This document shows positions 30,420-41,339 of a stretch of 64,000 nucleotides of DNA, one piece after another (the stretch's first letter is position 1; each line of letters opens with the position of its first letter). Source of the stretch: Escherichia coli (GTDB lineage Bacteria; Pseudomonadota; Gammaproteobacteria; Enterobacterales; Enterobacteriaceae); NCBI RefSeq assembly GCF_011045215.1, contig NZ_CP049202.1. One strand, 5' to 3'. Below the pieces are notes generated by a model, which saw only the letters and a program-made list of their open reading frames with translations, was not told the DNA's origin and ran no database searches. Both the position numbers and the translations under genes were made by a program.

Positions 30420-30570
30420 CGCCGTTCCTTTAACTGGTTAACCCACTGATGAGTCATACAGTGACTGCATCAGTGGCGCAGATCTGGCTTTTCTTGCCGC
30501 CAGACGCTATCCTGCTGAACATCCTCGGATCTTAGTCTCGATGGCATACAGTTCACCGATACGCTGCAGG
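30420..30570 (-). pseudogene. IS66-family tnpC fragment
   Basis: cagtgactgcatcagtggcgc...ctcgatggcatacagttcaccgatacgctgcaggg nearly identical to 38560-38700 in IS66 copy B tnpC. Confidence 0.5.
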
Positions 30571-30652
30571 GAGAACGCTGGGCACCGACAATCGTAAATA
30601 AAACGTCAGTAAAAAAACAGCGCCCTAAAGACGCTGTAACAACATAAAGTGT

Positions 30653-31399
30653 TCAGAATTGATAAGTGATCCCGGTGGAAAACAATCCGTTCCATGACTT
30701 GTCTACCATAGGCGAATTTTTAACTTCGTCAGATAAACGACTGTAGCGTGCTGTGCCATACACGCCCCAGTTACCGGCAAAATTATAATTTGTACTGACT
30801 TCCAGATAAGGTGCCCAGTCATTGCCTGCATCATAGACTTTCAGGCCACTACAGGCTGACTCACTATGTGACACGCCATAGTAATAATCGTTCTGTTTCT
30901 GGCTGCTCCACTCCACACCAATTCCCGGTGTTAGGGTGAATCCACCATTCACATAACGGTATAACCACGCTATATCACCAACCACACCATTACTGTTATC
31001 CAGTACATCCGCTGCAAGACTCGTACGCAGGAAACCATATGATGTATTATGAGACCAGGATATTCCCGCCATCAGAGTATTTTTACGTTCATCCAGCCAG
31101 CGTAACCGATAGTCATTACTGTCATCCGGTTTAAAATACATTGGCGACCAGTAAGCCATCACCGACAGCGTGTCTGTCATGTCATTCCAGAGATAATAGC
31201 CTCCTCCCAGTCCTCGAAACCAGAAGGAATCGTTGTTATAAGATACCGCCGGAAACAGCCAGATATCAGTGGTATATTCCTTGTAAGGATGGGCAACCAG
31301 GCCAATACCTGCACCTAGCGTTAATGAACTTTCAGCATGGGCAATATTAAGTGATATAGTGGTCAGCATACTAAGTGCCAGAATTTTAATTTTGTTCAT
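30653..31399 (-). CDS. MipA/OmpV-family outer membrane protein
   Basis: 248 aa; FWFRGLGGGYYLWND, GVSHSESACSGL, YGTARYSRLSDEVKNSPMVDKSW, C-terminal TYQF; closely resembles E. coli MipA. Confidence 0.8.
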   Translation of the reverse strand: MNKIKILALSMLTTISLNIAHAESSLTLGAGIGLVAHPYKEYTTDIWLFPAVSYNNDSFWFRGLGGGYYLWNDMTDTLSVMAYWSPMYFKPDDSNDYRLRWLDERKNTLMAGISWSHNTSYGFLRTSLAADVLDNSNGVVGDIAWLYRYVNGGFTLTPGIGVEWSSQKQNDYYYGVSHSESACSGLKVYDAGNDWAPYLEVSTNYNFAGNWGVYGTARYSRLSDEVKNSPMVDKSWNGLFSTGITYQF

Positions 31400-31904
31400 A
31401 AAAATCTTTCCTTAGTCAAAATTTCAGCATGAAAAAGTATACTGATGCAAAAAATGTCGGCAAGAATTCTGTTTTACCCTTACCATCCAGAGTCTTTACG
31501 TTACTCCGACTTACCCCTGTTGTTCTTGCCCCCTTATTTCCACACAAAGTGAAAAAAGCAATGCGTGATTTTTGTCATGATTTTACCCATTCATATTTAA
31601 GAAAAGTTGGCAATGACAGGAATAGAATGCTGGATACATGCAAAATGGCATCTAAATCGATCACAGTTACTCACCGATCTCCTTCACGGTAATACGCATC
31701 AGAAGTCAGTTTGTCGTACAATTCGACTATCCGACAACGTTTTCCGCATATGAAAACGCCATTTTTGAGGATGAATATTCCTCTCACCAGCCTCTGAACG
31801 AAAAACAAGTGATTTCCGTCAGGGAGGAATAGCTTAGCGGGTGTTATCGCAGAAATTCCCACGGAGACCCTTATAGTACAATAATTTTCGATATCCAAAC
31901 TGAC

Positions 31905-32423
31905 CCATATAAGGCCAGCAGGGAGCCCCGTGCAGCCATGGCGCTGAGAAAAATCGCCGGCCTTTACCGCATTGAGAAACTCATCCGCGACCGTCCTGTG
32001 GAAAAAATACGGCAGTGGCGACAACGGTACTCCCGGCCGATAGTTAATGACCTGTTTGCCTGGCTTGAAGAGCAGGAGCCGTGCTGTCCGCCCGACGGGC
32101 CATTAAATAAGGCGATTAACTATATCCTGAACCGACGCGATGAACTGAGCTGCTTCTTGGGTGACGGAGCCGTGCCCCTGGACAACAATATCTGCGAGCG
32201 AGCTATCCGCCCGGTGGTCATGGGGCGGAAAGCGTGGCTGTTCGCCGGATCACTGATGGCCGGAAACCGCGCGGCACAGATAATGAGTCTTCTGGAAACA
32301 GCAAAACGTAATGGTCTGGAGCCACATGCTTGGCTGGCAGACGTCCTGACGCGTCTGCCGGAGTGGCCAGAGGAGCGACTGGCAGAGTTATTGCCTCTTG
32401 AGGGATTTACCTTCACCGGGTGA
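31905..32423 (+). pseudogene. IS66-family tnpC C-terminal fragment
   Basis: ALRKIAGLYRIEKLIRDRPVEKIR...WLFAGS; no cognate tnpA/tnpB. Confidence 0.65.
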
Positions 32424-32999
32424 GTGATACCTGCCGTCAGGTGTTCGTGCATCGGGCCATAACCTGCAGTCGGGAGTTGAACACCTGACGACAGGAAATG
32501 AGCCAGGCCAGCAACCACGCGGGCTGACAGAGAATCAGAACCTGAATCAGCCCGGAGTTATTCCCGTGTCAGTACTTCACGACCTGACGCAATTACCCGA
32601 CTCAGTACTTCAGAGCCCACCGCCGGTACCTGCCCGGCGATCCCCCCTGTACAACCCCATCGTCAGACGGCGCTCATTCGTATGCGCTGCCAGTGACTCG
32701 CCTGAAAAATGCGTCAATATGAGTTCGCCGGAACGATACGAGAAACACAAAAAAGCGGCGTCAGAAATCAACTTTAAGCTCGCGTTCCAGTTTATCGCGA
32801 CAGAAATAATCCGGCGGGGACTATCCCGAAACGACTGGAGCATCTGCGGGGTGCTCTGGAAGCTGTGTTCATAACAAAACGCCCTCAACCATCAAGGTCG
32901 AGGGCAGTTAAGATATCAAAAACCCGTTATCCGGTGAAACGCAGTACCACTCCGCTTAAGTGAACAGCATTACCCCAATGGAGGTTTTTATTGGATGAA

Positions 33000-33218
33000 T
33001 TAACTTGTATGACAAGGGGTACAGCAGTAGTAACATCCATTGATTTTATGCTCTGGCCAGCGGCTTTTTGCACTCAATACTGCACCATGACAGGATGAGT
33101 GATGGCCCAGAGGAATTTGGTTCTCTGACGCTGGCATGTAAGAGCAGCCATTGGTCGCATCATGTACTTCATGATCACCATTTAATTGTGGATTCTTGTT
33201 AATTATATAATTAGGCAT
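33000..33218 (-). CDS. small Cys/His-rich hypothetical protein (72 aa)
   Basis: GCSY, SCHG, GCYYCCTPCH cysteine clusters and HEVHD; weak RBS. Confidence 0.3.
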   Translation of the reverse strand: MPNYIINKNPQLNGDHEVHDATNGCSYMPASENQIPLGHHSSCHGAVLSAKSRWPEHKINGCYYCCTPCHTS

Positions 33219-33282
33219 TTACATATCCATTGTTAGCAATTGCAAATTAGACTGCTTATTTTCCTTTTAAAATAAATGGTTA

Positions 33283-33453
33283 TCAAGCGTGTTGGATTAA
33301 TTTCCAGGTTACGCCTTTTCCATTGTATGGAGGCATTATATTGCCTTTAGCAATCGGTGCTGTAGTTGAAGGGGTTCCGACCACTTTCCAAATCCCACTT
33401 TCAGGGCATTTTTGTCCGGTAGATGCAGTTGTTCCAATTGGTACTTTAGACAT
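33283..33453 (-). CDS. small hypothetical protein (56 aa)
   Basis: AAGAGGAA 7 nt upstream of ATG at 33453. Confidence 0.4.
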   Translation of the reverse strand: MSKVPIGTTASTGQKCPESGIWKVVGTPSTTAPIAKGNIMPPYNGKGVTWKLIQHA

Positions 33454-34104
33454 CCTGATTCCTCTTTTGTGTTTTATCCGTATTGTTTTTGTGTAGCAAT
33501 ACAAATGTCTATATTTAGGAATCTGTTTTCAAGAGAACGTTGAGGACATTTTTTACGGCAGTGATCGCTATCACACTTTTACTTAAAATTGGGACGACAA
33601 ACGATAGGCATACTGAGAAACTGAAATTTTTGTACGCATCGCTCGTTCAGCGATGGAGTCTCCCTGCGCTGCAATAACGCAATTGTACAATATTGTACGG
33701 TTGCCAAACGTGGCTCAGATACAATGTGCCGTCAGCCAGTCTTATGGTTATATGTTTGTAGTCTATCTTATAATCAGTTTTTGATGGTGTTCAGTGACGG
33801 AACCATCTGGAGCAGAATCCCCGTTTTTCAGAACGATTCAGTATTGTTCATGATAGCCAGAAAATGGTTTTCGAAACATAGATGAATCCAGAAGTTAGCT
33901 AAGCAGGTTCACTCGATGGTACAACCTGGAACACAAGCACACCTGTATTGCAGGCTTACAACCGCCAAGATATTGACACCACTTTTGTTGCTTGTGCAGT
34001 ATTGTTTTTCATGCTCTCCACCTGGTCCAGAATATCTTGAGGCCCGCCAAGACAACGGAACCGATGGTCACTTCTGTTTTCCTGGCGGTGTTAGCAGAGA
34101 CAAA

Positions 34105-34395
34105 TCAATAGACTGCGTGAATATCGATGGTTGCACCACATGCCTGAGCATATCTTGTCAAAGTTTTCATACTGGCTCCTAAAGGATTACTTTCCAGCCG
34201 GCTGATGGCTGACGGGCGTACCCCCATTCGTTCGGCCAGCGCTGACTTTGTTAACCCCGCTTTTTCTCTCATTTCGTACAACATTTCTACCATCTCCAGT
34301 TCTTTATCGGCATCTTCATAGCCTTTGACAGCTTCCGGAGTATTAAGCAGTTTTTGCTTTACCTGGCTGAACGGAACACCTTTTACTTTCATCAT
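34105..34395 (-). CDS. Xre-family HTH antitoxin
   Basis: TKSALAERMGVRPSAISRLESN HTH; start overlaps toxin stop (ATGA). Confidence 0.7.
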   Translation of the reverse strand: MMKVKGVPFSQVKQKLLNTPEAVKGYEDADKELEMVEMLYEMREKAGLTKSALAERMGVRPSAISRLESNPLGASMKTLTRYAQACGATIDIHAVY

Positions 34396-34703
34396 TTCAT
34401 CTCCTTCAGGCGCATCCTGGCGATTTCAATAGCTTTTGTTGGTGTCTTTTGCGTCTTTTTCACAAATGCATGCAGCAGATAGATTTCATTACCCGTTGCA
34501 TAAGCGTACAGTGTCCTTGCGACATTTTTATCCCCGACTCTCAGTTCAAAAAGTCCTCCACCAATTACACGGCTGTGAGGCATTTTCATTTTATTGCCTT
34601 CCTGTTCCAGCCGTTCAATCAATCTGGCCATGCGACCACGTAGATTATCTGGTAATTCAATCAACTCATTCAGTGCGGCCGGGTGAGTAATCACATTAAA
34701 CAT
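34392..34703 (-). CDS. RelE/ParE-superfamily toxin (Gp49/HigB-like)
   Basis: GLFELRVGDKNVARTLYAYATGNEIYLLHAFVKKTQKTP; 103 aa from MFNVITHP. Confidence 0.65.
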   Translation of the reverse strand: MFNVITHPAALNELIELPDNLRGRMARLIERLEQEGNKMKMPHSRVIGGGLFELRVGDKNVARTLYAYATGNEIYLLHAFVKKTQKTPTKAIEIARMRLKEMK

Positions 34704-35057
34704 ATTATAGCCTCCGAAAGGATAAAATACATCAGAACAGGAAAATTGCACAAATATAAAATTTCACTGATAAGTGAAACACATGTTAAGTACAGTTTTG
34801 ATGCCGCGTCAGCGGCATGGAAGGCGGCACTCCGTTGTAGCATATGGCGCAGGAGTAAAACCGCCGAAGCCCGGCGTAAGCCGATACTGATTGATAGATT
34901 TCACCTTACCCATCCCCGGCCCTTGTATGTAATAGGACTCGATGGCTAGCTACCATCATATGAAGCAGAGTGAGCTTGTCCCAGCCCTGAACAGTCAGAC
35001 TTTGATTAGCAGCAAAAGCCCTCTGCTGTAAGCGTCAACGGAGCACCGTATTGACGC

Positions 35058-36650
35058 TTATTTATTGGTGAGAACCACGTTCCATGGCAGGAGTTCGTCA
35101 ACACGGTTGGAGGGCCATTCCGGCAGTACGCTCAGAATATGGCGCAGATACGCTTCCGGATCGATACCGTTCAGACGGCAGGTGCCGATCAGCCCGTATA
35201 GCAGTGCACCACGCTCGCCGCCGTGATCGCTACCGAAGAACACGTAATTTTTCTTTCCAAGACAGACTGCACGAAGCGCTCTTTCCGCTGTGTTATTGTC
35301 CGTCTCCGCCAGTCCGTCATCACTGTAATAACAGAGGGCGTCCCACTGATTCAGTACATAGCTGAACGCTTCGCCCAGTCTGGATTTTTTCGACAGCGTG
35401 CCATTCTTCTCCACCATCCATTCATGCAGCGACGTCAGTAACGCTTTGCTTCGCTGCTGTCTGACTGCAAGACGCTCTGACTCTGGTAATCCCCGTATCT
35501 CATCCTCGATGGCGTACAGTTCACTGATTCGCTTCAGGGCTTCTTCTGCCGTCGCACTTTTGCTGCTGATGTATACATCGTGGATTTTTCTCCGGGCATG
35601 GGCCCAGCACGCAACTTCTGTCAGCGCACCACCTTCACGTTCTGCACTGAACAGCCTGTCATAACCTGTGAACGCATCCGCCTGCAGGATACCCCGGAAG
35701 GGGCGGAGGTGTTGCTCCGGGTGTTTCCCCTGCCGGTTCGGTGAGTACGCGAACCAGACCGCCGGAGGAGATGACGAACCCGCATTGCGATCATCCCGGA
35801 CATACGTCCAGATGCGCCCTGTTTTCGTCTTTTTCAGGCCCGGTGCCAGTACCTTTACCGGTGTGTCGTCAGTGTGAAGCTTGCGGGTATTCATCACATA
35901 ACGGTACAGGGCATCATTCAGCGGTGTCATTAACTGGCAGCACGCGTCAACCCAGTTGGAGAGTAATGCACGGCTCAGTTCGACACCCTGTCGGGCAAAG
36001 ATTTCACTCTGACGATACAGTGGCAGGTGTTCGCAGTATTTTCCCGTTAACACGCGGGCAAGTAATCCGGGGCCCGCGATACCACGCTCTATCGGGCGGG
36101 ACGGCGCCGGTGCTTCAACGATGCAGTCACATTTTATACAGGCTTTTTTTACCCGTTCTGTGCGGATCACTTTCAGGGCGCTGCTCACCAGTTCCAGTTG
36201 TTCTGCACTGACTTCCCCCAGATAATCCAGCTCACCGCCACACTCCGGGCAACAGCTTTCTTCAGACTCCAGACGCTGTATTTCACGGGGAAGGTGTGCC
36301 GGTAACGGACGACGATGGCGCGACTGTCGCAACTGGCGGGGAACCTGTGGATCGTCTTCCCGCCCACTGTAACGATCGCTGTCCTGTTCGCGTTGTTTCA
36401 GCAGGGCCTCAGCCTGTTCAACTTCACGACGCAGTTTTTCAGAACGGGTACCGAACAGCATCCGGCGCAGTTTTTCTATCTGAGCCCGCAGATGTTCTAT
36501 TTCCCGTTCATCTTCTTCGATCTTTTCTTCGGCACGTGCCAGTGCAGAGCGCAGGAAGGCCTCCGTCTCTTCAACCAGACTCAGTTGCTGGTCTTTCTGG
36601 CGGAGCTGGCTTTCCAGTTCTGCAATGCGAATGAGGTATTTCTGACTCAT
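35058..36650 (-). CDS. IS66-family transposase TnpC
   Basis: 530 aa with Cys-rich zinc-finger region and DDE core. Confidence 0.8.
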   Translation of the reverse strand: MSQKYLIRIAELESQLRQKDQQLSLVEETEAFLRSALARAEEKIEEDEREIEHLRAQIEKLRRMLFGTRSEKLRREVEQAEALLKQREQDSDRYSGREDDPQVPRQLRQSRHRRPLPAHLPREIQRLESEESCCPECGGELDYLGEVSAEQLELVSSALKVIRTERVKKACIKCDCIVEAPAPSRPIERGIAGPGLLARVLTGKYCEHLPLYRQSEIFARQGVELSRALLSNWVDACCQLMTPLNDALYRYVMNTRKLHTDDTPVKVLAPGLKKTKTGRIWTYVRDDRNAGSSSPPAVWFAYSPNRQGKHPEQHLRPFRGILQADAFTGYDRLFSAEREGGALTEVACWAHARRKIHDVYISSKSATAEEALKRISELYAIEDEIRGLPESERLAVRQQRSKALLTSLHEWMVEKNGTLSKKSRLGEAFSYVLNQWDALCYYSDDGLAETDNNTAERALRAVCLGKKNYVFFGSDHGGERGALLYGLIGTCRLNGIDPEAYLRHILSVLPEWPSNRVDELLPWNVVLTNK

Positions 36651-36680
36651 GGCCGTTTTTATAATGCGGTCAGGAGTTTT

Positions 36681-37031
36681 TTACAACATTGTCAGTGAGT
36701 TAAGGCGGGATGTTTTTGGCTGACGCCAGTCCAGCTTATCGAGGAGCATTGCCAGTTGCGAACGGGTAATGGATACCTTGCCGTCACGTACCGCAGGCCA
36801 GATAAACTGGCCTTCCTCCAGGCGTTTGGTGAACAGGCACAGACCATCAGCATCAGCCCAAAGAATTTTAACGGTGTCACCCCGTCGGCCACGGAAGATA
36901 AACAGGTGACCGGAGAAGGGATTAACATTTAACACATGCTGTACCTGTTCACCCAGCCCGTTGAAAGACTTACGCATATCGGTTATCCCGGCAACGAGCC
37001 AGATACGGGTACCGGATGGGAGTGAGATCAT
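36681..37031 (-). CDS. IS66-family TnpB
   Basis: ISLPSGTRIWLVAGITDMRKSFNGL. Confidence 0.8.
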   Translation of the reverse strand: MISLPSGTRIWLVAGITDMRKSFNGLGEQVQHVLNVNPFSGHLFIFRGRRGDTVKILWADADGLCLFTKRLEEGQFIWPAVRDGKVSITRSQLAMLLDKLDWRQPKTSRLNSLTML

Positions 37032-37447
37032 CTTCCCCTCCCGGTCAGTTCACGAATCAATACAGTGAGCAGCTCTGGTGAAGGATTTTCCAGTGTCATG
37101 TTACCGTGACGGAACTCCACCTTGCAGGAGCTGGCACTGACAGTAGTCTGAGTGGATAAGGGCGGAGTAAGAGCAGCCATCGGTTCTTTCGGCTCATCAG
37201 GCGTTATCTCTACAGGTAATAATTCAAGGCCTGCGTCAGAAGTGGTTGTCACCGGAAGACGCCGTGATATACGCCCTTCGTTTTGCCAGAGTCTGAGCCA
37301 TTTGAAAATAACATTATCATTGACGCCATTTTCTCGTGCAATCTGAGCCACACAAGCACCGGGTTGTGATGCCAGTTCAACCATACGAAGTTTGAATTCA
37401 TTCGAATACTTTTTACGAGGTTCTTTTCGCCAGTCCTGTAATTCCAT
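37028..37447 (-). CDS. IS66-family TnpA (orf1)
   Basis: HTH ...CVAQIARENGVNDNVIFKW. Confidence 0.75.
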   Translation of the reverse strand: MELQDWRKEPRKKYSNEFKLRMVELASQPGACVAQIARENGVNDNVIFKWLRLWQNEGRISRRLPVTTTSDAGLELLPVEITPDEPKEPMAALTPPLSTQTTVSASSCKVEFRHGNMTLENPSPELLTVLIRELTGRGR

Positions 37448-37497
37448 ACTTAGATGTCCGTCTGTGTCAGATGGGCGTCTAAGTTACCAATTCTTGT

Positions 37498-38169
37498 CTA
37501 ATGGCTACATACGGCGGTCGGTTTACGCTTACGTATTTTTTCCACAGGACGTTCACGGATGAACTTCTCAATGCGATAAAGACCCGCGATTTTTCTCAGC
37601 GCCATGGCTGCACGGGGCTCCCTGCTGGCCTTATACAGACTGGCGAAGCCGCGTCTTGCGTGGCTCCAGCAACAGGCGGATGTGATACCGGGGTGATTAT
37701 CCGCCAGAGATTTGTACACGCTGTATCCGTCACTCACCAGCGTGCCACCACGCCAGCCCTGCAGGCAGGCCTCAGGATATCTGAGGGCCCGTCCGGTCTG
37801 CGAGTCAAGACAGACGACCGGCGGGCCGCTTCTTTCTCCGCTGACGTAAGCCCACAGCCAGCCGGAGCAGGATTTACCGCCTTTCCGGGTATCAAGGAGC
37901 CTCAGGGACGTTTCATCTGCATGAATAACATCCCGTGTCAGAAGCTCGTGGCGTAACAATTTTGCCAGCGGGGCCAGTGCAGCGCCAGCAACACCGACCA
38001 TATCCGCCATTGTACTGACGGGGAGCTCCACACCCATTCGGGAGAAAATGTGCTGCTGGCGATACAGGGGCAGATGGTCGGTATATTTGCTGATGACAAC
38101 CTGTGCGATGACCGATGGCTCAACAGCACTTTTCGGAAGGATATGTGCCGGCATTTTTCCGCTGAACAC
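37498..38169 (-). pseudogene. internal fragment of a third IS66-family tnpC (copy C), bounded by copies A and B
   Basis: Encodes ...[19 protein letters not shown]...WSHARRGF...ALRKIAGLYRIEKFIRERPVEKIR then copy A terminus. Confidence 0.65.
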
Positions 38170-38209
38170 TTTCTCACAGGTAAGCGACTCGTCAGAACCG
38201 TATTGATAT

Positions 38210-39781
38210 TTACTGAGAGCTCAGATCAACTTTCCAGGGCAACAGATCGCGTACCCGGTTTGCCGGCCAGTCCTGGATATGTTCAATGACGTAACGCAGC
38301 CACTTTTCTGGCTCCACATTGTTCAGACGGCATGTGCCGATCAGCGAGTACAACACCGCCGCATGTTCACCACCGCTGTCGGAACCCGCGAACATCCAGT
38401 TTTTCCGGCCTACGGCCACTCCCCGTAAGGCGTTCTCTGCGATGTTGTTGTCGATTTCCACCCAGCCATTACTGCAGTACACGTTCAGTGCATCCCACTG
38501 TTTCAGCAGGTATGCGAACGCTTTTGCCGTATCTGAGTGACGCGACAGTGTTTTCATCTGTTGCTGTATCCAGTCATACAGTGACTGCATCAGTGGCGCG
38601 GCTCTGGCTTTTCTTGCCGCCAGACGCTGTTCTGCTGAACAGCCCCGGACCTCTGCCTCGATGGCATACAGTTCACCGATACGCTGCAGGGCTTCCGTGG
38701 TGATGTAGGTGGGCGCTCTTGCATGCACATCGTGGATTTTTCTCCGGGCATGAGCCATACACGCGGCTTCCGTTATTCTGCCGGATTCGTATAACGCCCG
38801 GTAACCACCGTAAGCATCGGCCTGAAGCACACCGCTGTAACCGGCCAGGTGATTTTGTGGATGGATACCTTTCCGGTCCGGACTGTACGCGAACCAGACC
38901 GCCGGGGGCATCTGTGAACCGGCGTTACGGTCATCACGGACGTAGACCCACAGCCGGGCTGTCCGGGTTTTACCGCTGCCCGGCTCCTGGACCGGGACGG
39001 GGATATCATCGGCATGGAATTTACCGGGCATCAGCACATACTGGCGCAGTACGTCATACAGCGGCTCCAGCAGTTCAGCAACAGCACCTGTCCAGCGCCC
39101 CAGTGTGGCACGGCTCAGCTCCACTCCCTGACGACGGTATATTTCTGACTGGCGGTATAACGGCAGATGGTCTGCATATTTCCCGGTGACAACATGGGCC
39201 AGAAGCCCCGCTCCGGCATAACTGCGTGCAATGGGTTTTGAAGGTACTGGTGCCTGCACGATATGGTCGCACCGGCAACAGGCCTGTTTCGGACGTTGTG
39301 TTTCGATAACCTTAAAGGCGCTGCTGATAAGCTCCAGTTGCTCTGACACATCACATCCCAGAGAACTGAGTTCACCACCACAGGCAGGACAGCATTCCTC
39401 TTCCGGCCGGATAACCCGGGTTTCACGGGGAAGTGAGGCCGGTAACGGTTTACGGGCTGAAGACTGGCGCAGGGCGGATGGCAGTACCGGGTCATATTGC
39501 TCACCCAGCGTTTCCGCCATTTCTTCCTGAAGTGCGCTGATTCGCTCCTGTGCTTCCTGTATCTGCCGTTCGGTTTTTGCACGAAGTTTTTCTGAGCTTT
39601 TACCGAACTGCATACGTTGCAGTTTCGCAACCAGCGCCTTCAGCCGGTTGATTTCGGAAGCATAAGCCGCCACCCGCTGTGAGAGCAGGCGGTTGTATTC
39701 AGCCATCTGGCGGATGGTGTCCTGTTGCGTCTGCAACAGTGCCCGCAGGCGGGCGTTCTCATGAGCAAGTGAGGTGTCCAT
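38210..39781 (-). CDS. IS66-family transposase TnpC
   Basis: 523 aa. Confidence 0.8.
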   Translation of the reverse strand: MDTSLAHENARLRALLQTQQDTIRQMAEYNRLLSQRVAAYASEINRLKALVAKLQRMQFGKSSEKLRAKTERQIQEAQERISALQEEMAETLGEQYDPVLPSALRQSSARKPLPASLPRETRVIRPEEECCPACGGELSSLGCDVSEQLELISSAFKVIETQRPKQACCRCDHIVQAPVPSKPIARSYAGAGLLAHVVTGKYADHLPLYRQSEIYRRQGVELSRATLGRWTGAVAELLEPLYDVLRQYVLMPGKFHADDIPVPVQEPGSGKTRTARLWVYVRDDRNAGSQMPPAVWFAYSPDRKGIHPQNHLAGYSGVLQADAYGGYRALYESGRITEAACMAHARRKIHDVHARAPTYITTEALQRIGELYAIEAEVRGCSAEQRLAARKARAAPLMQSLYDWIQQQMKTLSRHSDTAKAFAYLLKQWDALNVYCSNGWVEIDNNIAENALRGVAVGRKNWMFAGSDSGGEHAAVLYSLIGTCRLNNVEPEKWLRYVIEHIQDWPANRVRDLLPWKVDLSSQ

Positions 39782-39800
39782 ATCCTCACTTTACAACGGG

Positions 39801-40148
39801 TTATATGCGGATTCCAGCGCGTTCCGTTCGTTTCGGGTGCTTCCAGTTGATACCTTCAAGAAGCATGGATAACTGAGCCGGAGTAAGGTGCACCTTGCCG
39901 TCACGGGTGACTGGCCAGACGAAGCGGCCCCGCTCCAGGCGTTTGGTGAAGAGGCACAGTCCGTCACTGTCAGCCCACAACACTTTTATCTGGTCACCCC
40001 GGCGTCCGCGGAAGATGAACAGGTGTCCGGAGAACGGGGCATCCTTCAGGACGTTCTGAACTTTTGATGCCAGGCCGTTAAAGCCATTTCGCATATCGGT
40101 GATACCTGCAACCAGCCAGATACGCGAACCTGCAGGGAGAGATATCAT
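39801..40148 (-). CDS. IS66-family TnpB
   Basis: ISLPAGSRIWLVAGITDMRNGFNGL. Confidence 0.8.
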   Translation of the reverse strand: MISLPAGSRIWLVAGITDMRNGFNGLASKVQNVLKDAPFSGHLFIFRGRRGDQIKVLWADSDGLCLFTKRLERGRFVWPVTRDGKVHLTPAQLSMLLEGINWKHPKRTERAGIRI

Positions 40149-40825
40149 CAGTGGCTGCTCCCTTTTATTTCGCGGATAAGTGTCTGTAATAACGCCGGCG
40201 TCAGTTTACCTTTAAGCCTGAGAGTTCCGGCCGGCAGAACCAGCTCACAACACAGACTGTCGGACGGTGTATTTATCTGCTCTGGTTCCTGTGCGGGGGC
40301 CGGGATTTTATTATCCGGCTCCGGCGTTAACGTCACGGGAAGCAGTGCCGGCATATTTTTTCCGGAAGGCAGCAGGCCACCTTTCCGGTATTGATGGCGC
40401 CAGTTGAAGAGCAGGTTATCGTTGATTCCGTTTTCCCGGGCGATCTGCGCCACACAGGCTCCGGGCTGCAGTGACTGCTCCACTAAGGCGATTTTAAACT
40501 CATAAGGGAAGTTGGGCCGCCGGGGACGTTTTTTTACCACGGGGGCTTCGGATATAACGGTGCTTTCAGGACGTACGACTGGTACCGTGGAAAATTGTCC
40601 GTAAAGGCAGGCATCAAGTTCCTGCTCCGACATGCCTGCGGGCAAAGGCCACGAAAGGCCAGCTCTCCGAAAGCGCACGAACATACTACAAACTGTTGAT
40701 TTTGGTACACCCAGGCGACGCCCGGCCACAACCCGGGGTAAATGTTCTTCAAAGTGAAGACGTAAAGCTTCAGTGATCCAGGTCCGGTGTTTCATACGAT
40801 AGTGTCCATTAAAAATGATGGACAT
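40148..40825 (-). CDS. IS66-family TnpA (long form)
   Basis: ...CVAQIARENGINDNLLFNWRHQYRKG. Confidence 0.7.
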   Translation of the reverse strand: MSIIFNGHYRMKHRTWITEALRLHFEEHLPRVVAGRRLGVPKSTVCSMFVRFRRAGLSWPLPAGMSEQELDACLYGQFSTVPVVRPESTVISEAPVVKKRPRRPNFPYEFKIALVEQSLQPGACVAQIARENGINDNLLFNWRHQYRKGGLLPSGKNMPALLPVTLTPEPDNKIPAPAQEPEQINTPSDSLCCELVLPAGTLRLKGKLTPALLQTLIREIKGSSH

Positions 40826-40878
40826 TATTTTTGTAGAGCCGGAGGAAACAGACCAGACGGTTTAAATGAGCCGGTTAC

Positions 40879-41332
40879 TCTCACAGCAGGGACAGCTGTA
40901 CTGCGGACGGACATAGCGGTGGACCACAACCTGTGCGGGGATATATTCCATTTTCCCGCTGACTTCATCGCGAATGAAGTGCAGGGGGGCATCACAGTCA
41001 GGACAACGTTCCTCAGCTGGCGGGATAACCTTTTCAGCACGGGGAAGATGTGAAGGCAAGGGCTTACGAACAGGACGTGTTGTTGTTTTTTCTTCGTCCC
41101 CGGTCTGAGGAAGCAGTTTGTCCAGATACGCCGAGATTTCTGCGATATCCGCGTCAACATCCTCTTCGAACAGGGAACACTGCATCCCGGCCAGCGATTC
41201 GCATTTTTTACCAAAACGCTGCTGGCGTGCGAGCTTCATCTGCTCTATATGAACGCATCCCGTTTGCAAGGCTTTCGTAGTTTTGACATTGACGGTAGGT
41301 TGCAGCTCTATATCCGGCCTTGTTGCAGCCAT
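40879..41332 (-). pseudogene. N-proximal fragment of IS66 copy C tnpC
   Basis: ...QMKLARQQRFGKKCESL...ERCPDCDAPLHFIRDEVSGKMEYIPAQVVVHRYVRPQYSCPCCE zinc-finger region. Confidence 0.6.
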
Positions 41333-41339
41333 GAAGCTG

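Larger units (their letters stand above)
35028..37532 (-). mobile_element. IS66-family element, copy A, complete
   Basis: Ends GTAAGCG at 35028 and complement cgcttac at 37526-37532; tnpA 37028-37447, tnpB 36681-37031 (GITDMR), tnpC 35058-36650. Confidence 0.8.
38180..40878 (-). mobile_element. IS66-family element, copy B, complete
   Basis: End gtaagcgactcgtcagaaccg at 38180; tnpA 40148-40825, tnpB 39801-40148, tnpC 38210-39781. Confidence 0.75.
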
